A stretch of DNA of 39,378 nt from a virus (Duplodnaviria; Caudoviricetes), in IMG/VR virus record IMGVR_UViG_3300025835_000012, positions 1 to 39,378 of that record; one strand, 5' to 3'. Below, one piece after another: positions 1 to 6,639 of the stretch. The position numbers and the translations under genes are program-made. The notes beneath the pieces were generated by a model. The model made no database searches. It saw only the letters and a list, made by a program, of their open reading frames with translations, and was not told the DNA's origin. Numbering within the stretch: position 1 is the stretch's first letter; every line of letters begins with the position of its first letter.

Positions 1-68
1 TGCCGTAGCCGTTGCCGTCGCCGTTGCCGTAGCCGTTGCCGTCGCCGTTGCCGTAGCCGTTGCCGTCG
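1..68. repeat. Hexamer microsatellite (GCCGT[A/T/C])n at the left end
   Basis: Visible tandem GCCGTA/GCCGTT/GCCGTC units; the same repeat is at the right end. Confidence 0.95.
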
Positions 69-82
69 TTTACTGTTGCCAT
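1..82 (-). CDS. Gly-rich (G-N/Y/D)n repeat protein, 5' part; continues across the contig junction
   Basis: ATG at 82-80 overlaps the end of the upstream gene and reads MATVNDGNGYGNGDGNGYG...; joining base 1 to base 39378 keeps the frame to TAA at 39307-39305 (51 aa as assembled). Confidence 0.75.
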   Translation of the reverse strand, partial: MATVNDGNGYGNGDGNGYGNGDGNGYG

Positions 83-441
83 ACTGGTACGTTAGCAATA
101 CAAATACGCGCCTCTTCTGTCACATCCAATACCTCAATTACTTCCGTTAAATCAACCAAAGAAACCTCGCAAGGGAATTTGCAGTCATTCGGGTTCTTGA
201 CTCCTTCCATAGCAAGCTGTGATAGAGAAGACGCACCACTCCAGTACCACAAACGCCGTGCGTTTTTTAGTGTGGCTTCTTTCCCCTCACGGTGCGCAAG
301 ATAACCTGCGAAGACGCCTGCACTATATGTGCGAGCAATAACGTACTTCATCCCGTCTAAACTTTGTGCTGGTCTCATTTCCGTTCCTTTCGGTACGTAG
401 ACAACTCCGTTAATCTCTAACTCATTGAGCGTGGTTTTCAT
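70..441 (-). CDS. Conserved phage protein, DUF6948-like
   Basis: Motifs YVIARTYSAGVFAG, ARRLWYWSGASSLSQLAMEGV and LTEVIEV match a family I recall lying directly upstream of Gly-rich repeat ORFs, as here. Confidence 0.75.
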   Translation of the reverse strand: MKTTLNELEINGVVYVPKGTEMRPAQSLDGMKYVIARTYSAGVFAGYLAHREGKEATLKNARRLWYWSGASSLSQLAMEGVKNPNDCKFPCEVSLVDLTEVIEVLDVTEEARICIANVPVWQQ

Positions 442-484
442 GGTAAAATGAAAATAGGTAAATATATAGTCTGGTATAAAAACA

Positions 485-685
485 TCACATCGGCGGCGTG
501 TACCGCAAGTCCTCCATCTCGTCGTCCCGCCGTCTCGTGGCTATCTCTTTGAGGAGTTTGTCCTTGGACTCCTCTATAACAGTTTGTAGGAAGCGCTTGA
601 ACTCTTCTCTCTGCTGGAATATGGATTGCTCTTTGTCGTGGGCTATGTCCATAGCTTGTTGGGTGTAGGTGTCGAGGTTACTCAT
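485..685 (-). CDS. Hypothetical protein (66 aa, MSNLDTYTQQ...)
   Basis: Start placed at ATG 685 in the recurrent GACCATGAGTAA junction; the longer track ORF overlaps the upstream gene. Confidence 0.6.
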   Translation of the reverse strand: MSNLDTYTQQAMDIAHDKEQSIFQQREEFKRFLQTVIEESKDKLLKEIATRRRDDEMEDLRYTPPM

Positions 686-698
686 GGTCAGTAATATA

Positions 699-863
699 TT
701 ATTTTTTGGTAATCCAGTAGTGCCTCTCAAGGGTGGAGTCAAAGTTAGTATAGTACCACTGTTCCTTGCAACACCGTTTACAGCGCCGCTGGGGAGGTAG
801 ATAAGGGTTTGTGCTGTACTGCCATTTGTGCAACCGAAAAAGACATAAGAGTACATCACTCAT
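699..863 (-). CDS. Small Cys/His protein (54 aa), DUF1660-like putative Zn finger
   Basis: Translated by hand: MSDVLLCLFRLHKWQYSTNPYLPPQRRCKRCCKEQWYYTNFDSTLERHYWITKK; C-x4-H-K-W...C-x2-C pattern; start overlaps the upstream stop; below the track length cutoff. Confidence 0.65.
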   Translation of the reverse strand: MSDVLLCLFRLHKWQYSTNPYLPPQRRCKRCCKEQWYYTNFDSTLERHYWITKK

Positions 864-1128
864 CTTGTTTGGGGTTACTGGTAAGGGAGGAACGGGCTTG
901 TTCTAGCTTGTCAATCCACGTAGAAAGTGACATTTTTTGGCCTACCTTTTCCATCTTTGTAGCCTCATCAGTAGCGTTGTTTAGCTCTTGATGGCGAACG
1001 TTCCAATCCTGCTTCATATCATCTATGATGGCGTCTAGCAGGTCTCTCTGAGCATTGGTCACCACTTCCTGCATCCCCTTGATAGTCCAGACTTGGTGCT
1101 TTTGGATTGCTTCCTGTATTTTACTCAT
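856..1128 (-). CDS. Hypothetical helical protein (90 aa)
   Basis: ATG at 1128 coupled to the upstream stop (ATGAGTAA). Confidence 0.65.
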   Translation of the reverse strand: MSKIQEAIQKHQVWTIKGMQEVVTNAQRDLLDAIIDDMKQDWNVRHQELNNATDEATKMEKVGQKMSLSTWIDKLEQARSSLTSNPKQDE

Positions 1129-1303
1129 GGTCGGTAGTGTAAAAATGTAGGCATCTCGCTGGCACGTTTCGTACTGAGGTGTTGGGGAAACGTGTCGCAA
1201 ACTCGGCACATGTCATATTCCTTTCGTTAACGTATGAGGCAACGACGACGGCCACCCATAGGAAAGCCAGTACACAAAGCGCCCAAAGTAGTTGTTTACT
1301 CAT
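1121..1303 (-). CDS. Small membrane or secreted protein (60 aa)
   Basis: N-terminal hydrophobic stretch LLWALCVLAFLWVAVVVA, two downstream Cys, coupled start and stop at both ends. Confidence 0.7.
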   Translation of the reverse strand: MSKQLLWALCVLAFLWVAVVVASYVNERNMTCAEFATRFPNTSVRNVPARCLHFYTTDHE

Positions 1304-1622
1304 GGTCTTTCGTCTTGGTTAGGGATAGAGAGTTGCGGGCCATTTGCATCCTGTCTGCCACTTGTCGCATTGCAAAGTTAATGATTTCTTCGTATTGTCC
1401 GTCGCTGCTGTCCCCTATTCGTGCTGCCTCTGCTCGGGTGTCCTCAATAAACAAATCAAGTAGACGTTCCGCTAGGCTGTTTTGTAAATCCATAGCGTCC
1501 TGTAAGTCCACAGCAAATGTATGTACGTCACCTACTGAGACAGATATAGCACAGGATGCCATATCAAATCCTAGTTCCTCCATCACCTCCCGCACTCTTT
1601 CTGCCAAAGTGTTATTGGTCAT
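1296..1622 (-). CDS. Hypothetical protein (108 aa)
   Basis: ATG at 1622, 4 nt after the upstream stop; packs tightly in the operon. Confidence 0.65.
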   Translation of the reverse strand: MTNNTLAERVREVMEELGFDMASCAISVSVGDVHTFAVDLQDAMDLQNSLAERLLDLFIEDTRAEAARIGDSSDGQYEEIINFAMRQVADRMQMARNSLSLTKTKDHE

Positions 1623-1626
1623 CTGG

Positions 1627-1944
1627 TTATGTAAGCCGCGTCCTGCGGAAAATAAAATCCATGCTCTCCTTCGATAACTCAAGCGCACCTGCTTCTATTT
1701 TCTCATCTAGTTCCCACAAAAGGCGTTTTAGTTCTGTCTCATATTCGGATTGGTTCAGAATAAAAGTCACTGCATCGACCACCTCTAGGAACTTCATATC
1801 CCTTGTGCCCGACTCAATGCAAGATATTGCGCTTCGTGGCACTCTTAGATGATCTGCAAGTGTCTGTTGTGATACAGAAGCCTTTTCACGGAGACTTTTC
1901 AACGCCGCTGCTAGGTCTTTCTTGTCTATGGGGTTATTGGTCAT
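1627..1944 (-). CDS. XRE/Cro-CI family HTH regulator
   Basis: LKSLREKASVSQQTLADHLRVPRSAISCIESGTR is a typical HTH_3 signature; start at ATG 1944. Confidence 0.85.
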   Translation of the reverse strand: MTNNPIDKKDLAAALKSLREKASVSQQTLADHLRVPRSAISCIESGTRDMKFLEVVDAVTFILNQSEYETELKRLLWELDEKIEAGALELSKESMDFIFRRTRLT

Positions 1945-2110
1945 GGCGACGACTAAGTAAATAAGATTGGTAAGCTCTATCGCGTGCTCTACGCAGGTTC
2001 TCGCGATACTGCATATTGACTCCGCGCACATACTCTCGCGACTTTTTCTCACGTCGCTCTATACCAAGTATCTTTCGGAAGAACATGATAATAGGGTGTT
2101 GGGTGGTCAT
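1934..2110 (-). CDS. Small basic hypothetical protein (58 aa)
   Basis: Translated by hand: MTTQHPIIMFFRKILGIERREKKSREYVRG...SSRHDQ; fills the gap between neighbours with coupled junctions. Confidence 0.55.
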   Translation of the reverse strand: MTTQHPIIMFFRKILGIERREKKSREYVRGVNMQYRENLRRARDRAYQSYLLSRRHDQ

Positions 2111-2112
2111 GG

Positions 2113-2595
2113 TTACTCTTTAATACGAAGTACGGAAACATCCACCCCGATCTTGTCCGCCACTTCCTGCAAGGTGAGTTCTACGGTCTCTTTCTCCTCT
2201 GGCTGGACAGTGAAATCTTTCTGTATGTCTGATACGGTCCACCAAGTATCTTTCTGCGACACGTCATTCTCGTTTAGTTTGGAGAGGAACAAAATGTCGC
2301 CACATCTGCCAAGCACTTTTCTTGTATTGCCGTTTTGTGTAATAAACACGTCTCCTACTTTTACATCATCCAGCGTCTTTGGGCCTTCCCAGCGGGCGAG
2401 AAAGGAACCTTCTTCGTATACGTGTGAGCATCCATCGATATAAAAATGTGTTTCTGAGACCTCTGTTATTTCCACCTCATTGCTGCCTTCATCTTCCAAC
2501 TTCCCACAATTGTTATGTTTCCCTTCCACCGCCTTCACCCTGTCCCCCACTTTAATCACGCCTTTAAGCTGGTCGTAGCTGTATTCTTTCCACAT
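2113..2595 (-). CDS. Hypothetical phage protein (160 aa), possibly SH3/KOW-like beta domains
   Basis: Two (I/V)KVGD motifs and C-terminal ELTLQEVADKIG motif common in phage early proteins. Confidence 0.7.
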   Translation of the reverse strand: MWKEYSYDQLKGVIKVGDRVKAVEGKHNNCGKLEDEGSNEVEITEVSETHFYIDGCSHVYEEGSFLARWEGPKTLDDVKVGDVFITQNGNTRKVLGRCGDILFLSKLNENDVSQKDTWWTVSDIQKDFTVQPEEKETVELTLQEVADKIGVDVSVLRIKE

Positions 2596-2622
2596 GGTTT
2601 ACGTTGTTAGTAATAGGTTTTT

Positions 2623-2799
2623 TTAGTTGTCATGCCGTTGTTTGTTCAGGAGCCGTTTAATGGCGTCCTGTATATCCGACACCTCCTCTTGAAGGCAGAT
2701 AATCTGCTCCTCACTCATCTTCTCCCAGTTCTCGGCGAGATCTGTCTTGATGAGTTTGATCTCTTCGATTAATGTCCGCACTTCGTTGTTTGGTTTCAT
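2623..2799 (-). CDS. Small coiled-coil protein (58 aa)
   Basis: Translated by hand: MKPNNEVRTLIEEIKLIKTDLAENWEKMSEEQIICLQEEVSDIQDAIKRLLNKQRHDN; first ORF after the promoter at 2827-2855. Confidence 0.6.
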   Translation of the reverse strand: MKPNNEVRTLIEEIKLIKTDLAENWEKMSEEQIICLQEEVSDIQDAIKRLLNKQRHDN

Positions 2800-2826
2800 A
2801 TATGGTGAATTACTTGGTACATCTTG

Positions 2827-2855
2827 AGTGTATACACTTAGTTTACAACTGTCAA
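2827..2855 (-). promoter_or_regulatory. Sigma70-like promoter with an overlapping palindromic operator
   Basis: TTGACA (2855-2850), 17 bp, TACACT (2832-2827); perfect palindrome AGTGTATACACT at 2827-2838. Confidence 0.75.
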
Positions 2856-3082
2856 TCTTTTATATACATTTTTTCAAAGTCTTCTACGGGAATCCCTATT
2901 GAACGGGTGATAGTTTTCAACTCACGTGCTACTTGATCTGGAACGGGGTACTTGCCAGACTCAATATGCTTGAGCTGTCCTTCTGTGAGCGACAGATACC
3001 GGACGAATTGCGGAAGCGAGAGATTGAGTTTTTTACGTAGCCAGCGTGGAAACTCTTTATGCGTGAAAGGAAATAATTCCAT
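2852..3082 (-). CDS. XRE-family HTH protein (76 aa)
   Basis: LRKKLNLSLPQFVRYLSLTEGQLKHIESGKYPVP HTH_3-like pattern; start at ATG 3082. Confidence 0.75.
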   Translation of the reverse strand: MELFPFTHKEFPRWLRKKLNLSLPQFVRYLSLTEGQLKHIESGKYPVPDQVARELKTITRSIGIPVEDFEKMYIKD

Positions 3083-3464
3083 AGAAAGCAAGACAGAAAA
3101 AGATAAAAGTGAGTAGCCCAAACACGCCAACAAGGATTCGTTGTGTTGTTCTCGTCGTCTTGATCTGTGGTTTTTCGTTGTATATCGTGATAATCTTGTT
3201 TTTGAGTTTTTGTACGATCTCTTCGTGGACGTTGCGTCGTGGTGTATTCGGATAGTTCGGGTGGTCCATGTGAAGGAGAATATAATAATCTCCGGTGGTA
3301 TACCCTAGTTGTATAAGAACTTTGAGAAGAGTTGTATATGTGAGTTGCCTGTCACGCTGCATGATCCTTTGTGCTGTTGTGCGCGACGTGACATCACGTA
3401 GTGTAAGATGTTTTCTGCGGCATAGCTCTTCGATAATCGCACACAAAACATTTTTTCGGTCCAT
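3057..3464 (-). CDS. Putative HTH-like protein with a C-terminal transmembrane helix
   Basis: Cro/CI-like helical N-terminus (IIEELCRRKHLTLRDV...LTYTTLLKVLIQLG); hydrophobic C-terminus ILVGVFGLLTFIFFCLAFYGII. Confidence 0.6.
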   Translation of the reverse strand: MDRKNVLCAIIEELCRRKHLTLRDVTSRTTAQRIMQRDRQLTYTTLLKVLIQLGYTTGDYYILLHMDHPNYPNTPRRNVHEEIVQKLKNKIITIYNEKPQIKTTRTTQRILVGVFGLLTFIFFCLAFYGIISFHA

Positions 3465-3491
3465 GGGAAGATGGAGAGAGAGTAAAAGTAT

Positions 3492-4142
3492 TTATTCTGT
3501 GATGATTTCAAAACGTTTCAACACACCGGGGCTGTACGCATTCGCCATACCGTGCCACTTCATACCGTCTCGCGACCGCCAGTCTCTCCATCTCGCGGAA
3601 AAAAGTACATCATTTACATCAGCAACAGCACGAAAATCACGACAACCTTTCTCGATTTGTTTTTCGATGCTGTGAAAATCTTGAGAACGTACAAACGCAA
3701 TATTGTCTTTATACCGCTTGTTTCCAGTGAACCACTGGAACAAGCCATGATCTGAAGTCGGCCCCTTTGCGTACATGTCCCACCGTGATTCTGCCTCGAC
3801 CATAAACACAGCATCAATACTGCCACACTCGCGAATAAGCTTTGGAATCATTTCATTGATTTTGGCAAGGTCCGCCTCAGTGTGGAACTTGTCCTTCAAC
3901 CTCTTCACTGACACAATCTTTTTGCCAACAAATGGGTTTTGGTAGTGTAACGTCGGTGCCTTGATATACCTCCGCAGTGTCACCGTTCCGTCGGCGGCCA
4001 AATAGCTCTGATATGCCGTGAACTTCACGGGCTTGTCTGCCACCGTGTGCGGTGAGGGCACAGGGAGAATCGCGGCGTTGCTCGCTGGAAGCCAGCATAG
4101 AACAACTCCCAGAAGAAACAGGTAAAAGAAAAATCGGTACAT
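3492..4142 (-). CDS. Secreted lytic transglycosylase (SLT/lysozyme-like fold)
   Basis: Signal peptide MYRFFFYLFLLGVVLCWLPASNA; SLT motif I (AES, catalytic Glu) and motif II (GLFQ). Confidence 0.75.
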   Translation of the reverse strand: MYRFFFYLFLLGVVLCWLPASNAAILPVPSPHTVADKPVKFTAYQSYLAADGTVTLRRYIKAPTLHYQNPFVGKKIVSVKRLKDKFHTEADLAKINEMIPKLIRECGSIDAVFMVEAESRWDMYAKGPTSDHGLFQWFTGNKRYKDNIAFVRSQDFHSIEKQIEKGCRDFRAVADVNDVLFSARWRDWRSRDGMKWHGMANAYSPGVLKRFEIITE

Positions 4143-4153
4143 AGAAAAGAAAG

Positions 4154-4504
4154 TTACGAGTTGAGAATACACCCGCGCACCGTACGTTTCCCCCACTGGT
4201 TTGCGGCAAGACGTCCAGCGTCACCGTGCCCCATCCAAATATCCAGACGATCGTACGCGTATCCACGCTTCCCAGCAGGAACAATCGCACCACCACGGTC
4301 TTCGACGGTATACGTCTTTCCGTTGATCTGGATCTTCGTGCCAAACGCGTACTTCGCAGGAGCCGCCATCATACCATCAAAAACAGGTTTACGGGACGCA
4401 CCATGTGTGCCGTTTCCTTGCAACCGTTTTTCTTTGGCAAGTGTTCCCATGTTATAGGCGCGTTGGCCGGGGAGAGGAGAATAGTATGCTGTCACCACAA
4501 ACAT
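4154..4504 (-). CDS. 3D (three-Asp, MltA-like) domain protein; probably the frameshift extension of the upstream ORF
   Basis: VTAYY...AAP..Y.FGTKI...VEDRGGAI...RLDIWMG...WGKR are 3D hallmarks; no signal peptide of its own; frame open through the slippery site at 4579-4573. Confidence 0.85.
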   Translation of the reverse strand: MFVVTAYYSPLPGQRAYNMGTLAKEKRLQGNGTHGASRKPVFDGMMAAPAKYAFGTKIQINGKTYTVEDRGGAIVPAGKRGYAYDRLDIWMGHGDAGRLAANQWGKRTVRGCILNS

Positions 4505-4566
4505 CTGGCATGTATCCAGTTCTGCTGCATGTGCTTGCGGGAGAATAGTTTTCGACGGTTTCGCGT

Positions 4567-4875
4567 CTATTCTTTTCCCAACGCATCGGACTTCGCACGC
4601 AACTCTTGGATTTTCGTTTTCCGTTCGTTGGCAAGTGCGTTGACCTCTGCTTGTTTCTGCTGTGCTTCAGTGATAATCTTCTGCTTCTCTGCCCACGTTG
4701 CTTGTAGGCGCTTCACTTCAATCTCCAGTTCTATTACTTGTGCTGCATACTCGCGGTACTTCGCTGCTGCTGGATCAAAGACATTGTTCCATGCTGCACC
4801 GCCGGCGACAAGAGCAATCGCGCTCGCGACGCCTACCGCACCCAAAACAAATTTGTTGAAAAGAATGTGTGTCAT
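4567..4875 (-). CDS. Membrane-anchored coiled-coil protein (102 aa)
   Basis: N-terminal hydrophobic helix FVLGAVGVASAIALVAGGAAW, then a heptad-rich Q/E/K/A segment; ends TTG GGA AAA GAA TAG. Confidence 0.75.
   Translation of the reverse strand: MTHILFNKFVLGAVGVASAIALVAGGAAWNNVFDPAAAKYREYAAQVIELEIEVKRLQATWAEKQKIITEAQQKQAEVNALANERKTKIQELRAKSDALGKE
4573..4579 (-). other. Candidate -1 programmed frameshift heptamer G_GGA_AAA
   Basis: X_XXY_YYZ in the correct phase, one sense codon before the stop; the -1 frame is the 3D-domain frame. Confidence 0.7.
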
Positions 4876-4882
4876 GTTTGTA

Positions 4883-5242
4883 TTATTGTAAAGGAATGAA
4901 CACGCCTGCAACATGCAGGATACTCATCAGTACCACACCAAGGAACACCACCCATGCAACGATATTGGTCCAGTCTATAGAGGGGAGAGATCGTCCTACA
5001 GGACGTTTCGCCCATTGATCTTTTTCCGACTGTGGGATTACCTGCATCATGTGTTTCGCCATAAGATTCTGCACATCGCGCAGTATCAGTGGGATATACT
5101 TCTTCCCGTATTTTGTGGCCGGGTTCAACCGTTGTGACATAGCACCTTCACTGATCCCGTACATAGACGCAAGATCTCTTTGTGTGAGTTTTAAGATTGC
5201 CATGTCACAGACGAGCAGTGCCTTTTTTTGTTGAATAGACAT
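4883..5242 (-). CDS. HTH protein with a C-terminal transmembrane helix (119 aa)
   Basis: LTQRDLASMYGISEGAMSQRLN is a clear Cro-like HTH; C-terminal IVAWVVFLGVVLMSILHVAGVFI; TAATG coupling with the upstream gene. Confidence 0.8.
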   Translation of the reverse strand: MSIQQKKALLVCDMAILKLTQRDLASMYGISEGAMSQRLNPATKYGKKYIPLILRDVQNLMAKHMMQVIPQSEKDQWAKRPVGRSLPSIDWTNIVAWVVFLGVVLMSILHVAGVFIPLQ

Positions 5243-5484
5243 TAGATACGAGAGAAAAAAGAAGTATTTACATAATCCATCGCGGGGTTGTAGAACCGCT
5301 GGAAGAAATCTTCCTTCGTGCTCCATACACCGAGATGTGAAAAATCACCAAACAACTCCTCGCCGTCTTCAAACGTATACGGCTCGACTGGTGCTCCTTC
5401 GCGACGTGTTGCTTCGAGCAGTCCGCGCATATATAGCACGAGCTGGTCATAAACCACGGTCTCCACACGAGTTTTTTTGTCCAT
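5242..5484 (-). CDS. Hypothetical protein (80 aa), first gene of the leftward arm
   Basis: ATG at 5484, downstream of the leftward promoter; stop overlaps the next start. Confidence 0.65.
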   Translation of the reverse strand: MDKKTRVETVVYDQLVLYMRGLLEATRREGAPVEPYTFEDGEELFGDFSHLGVWSTKEDFFQRFYNPAMDYVNTSFFSRI

Positions 5485-5516
5485 AAGCAGTTGCGTGAAA
5501 AAGTAAGGACAGCACC

Positions 5517-5545
5517 ATCGTAGCAAACACCCTCCGAATTGTCAA
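5517..5545 (-). promoter_or_regulatory. Leftward early promoter
   Basis: TTGACA (5545-5540), 17 bp, TACGAT (5522-5517) with an extended TGn motif. Confidence 0.75.
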
Positions 5546-5573
5546 CTATTTTATTACAAATGTTCAGAAAATA

Positions 5574-5617
5574 TTGACAACAAAGGAGAGCATCTATAGG
5601 ATAAGGGTGTTCCTTAT
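5574..5617 (+). promoter_or_regulatory. Rightward early promoter with an inverted repeat at the start site
   Basis: TTGACA (5574-5579), 17 bp, TAGGAT (5597-5602); ATAAGG-N5-CCTTAT at 5601-5617. Confidence 0.75.
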
Positions 5618-5628
5618 TTTTTGACGTC

Positions 5629-6639
5629 ATGTCTATGAACGAACTAAGCACCGTACGGGCGGTGGACCTTTCAACGGTCAATCCCACAACACTGGAGACT
5701 ATCAAGCAGACCGTTGCAAAAGATGCAACAGATGCGGAGTTGTCGATGTTTTTGACACTCGCGGGGAAATACCAATTAGACCCCTTTGCCCGGCAGATTT
5801 ATTTTATGAAGACGGGCGGCAAGCCAACAATTATCACGGGACGTGATGGGTATCTTGCTATCGCGCAACGTGATGCAGGATTTGATGGACTTGTATCTGG
5901 TACAGTTTACGAAGGAGACATTTACGAACAAGACAACGAGAAGGGTACCGTCAAACATGTCCATGATTTTTCTCAACCCCGTGGGGCAATTGTAGGAGCA
6001 TGGGCGATTGCATACCATAAGCATCGACGACCTGCACCGGCGTTTGTATGGTGGGATGAGTATAAGAAACCAGTGAAGGATAAGTGGGGAAACACGACAC
6101 CTTGGGGGCAGTACCCTTCTTCTATGATAGAGAAGGTAGCGGAAATTCGCGCTCTCAAGAAGCAGTTTGGTATTTCTGGATTGGTCACAGAGGAAGAGAT
6201 CGGTACGGAAGCACCAGCGCAAGCACCAATGGAGTACGGGAACACGATAGAGATACCACGGAACCCAGCACCAGCAGTCCCAGCGGAAGTGGTGGACGAC
6301 GAGCCAGTATTTAAGCGTGGAGTCGAGGCAGTCTACATGGACGCAGGGCAAATCCTGCAAGACCTTTTGGAACACCAAGGAAATGACCCGACAAAATGGC
6401 AGCAGATGATTGCGGTCAAGGTTGACGCATTGTACAAGAAAACCGTCTACGCATGTACGAAGAAAGAGATGGAGACGATTCGTGATGGTATCCAGCTTGC
6501 ATTCCAGCGATTACAAGAAGCGCAGCAGGAGGTTGAACCGGAAGTCGTCGAGAACGCTCCCGTCTTAGACGAAAATACACGAAACGCAGGGGAGCTTACG
6601 TTCGAGGAAGCAGAGGCACTTTTTAACGGAGAGAAATAA
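5629..6639 (+). CDS. bet: Single-strand annealing recombinase, Bet/RecT family
   Basis: ATDAELSMFL...LDPFARQIY, GRDGYLAIA, IVGAWA and W...P..MIEKVAE..ALKK.F motifs. Confidence 0.9.
   Translation: MSMNELSTVRAVDLSTVNPTTLETIKQTVAKDATDAELSMFLTLAGKYQLDPFARQIYFMKTGGKPTIITGRDGYLAIAQRDAGFDGLVSGTVYEGDIYEQDNEKGTVKHVHDFSQPRGAIVGAWAIAYHKHRRPAPAFVWWDEYKKPVKDKWGNTTPWGQYPSSMIEKVAEIRALKKQFGISGLVTEEEIGTEAPAQAPMEYGNTIEIPRNPAPAVPAEVVDDEPVFKRGVEAVYMDAGQILQDLLEHQGNDPTKWQQMIAVKVDALYKKTVYACTKKEMETIRDGIQLAFQRLQEAQQEVEPEVVENAPVLDENTRNAGELTFEEAEALFNGEK

Noticed and set aside
1-68. Terminal repeats as a CRISPR array or true phage terminal repeats
   Set aside because: They are 6-bp coding microsatellite units with no spacers and no unique repeated sequence; an assembly break in a repeat is the simpler explanation.
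4187-4196. Second frameshift (TGG GGG AAA) from the 3D gene into the SLT frame
   Set aside because: The in-phase heptamer G_GGG_AAA does not fit X_XXY_YYZ, and the SLT gene has its own ATG and signal peptide at 4142.
4567-4875. TM-coiled-coil protein as an inner-membrane spanin
   Set aside because: It is not in the lysis cassette, lies in an early operon and has no lipobox-bearing partner.
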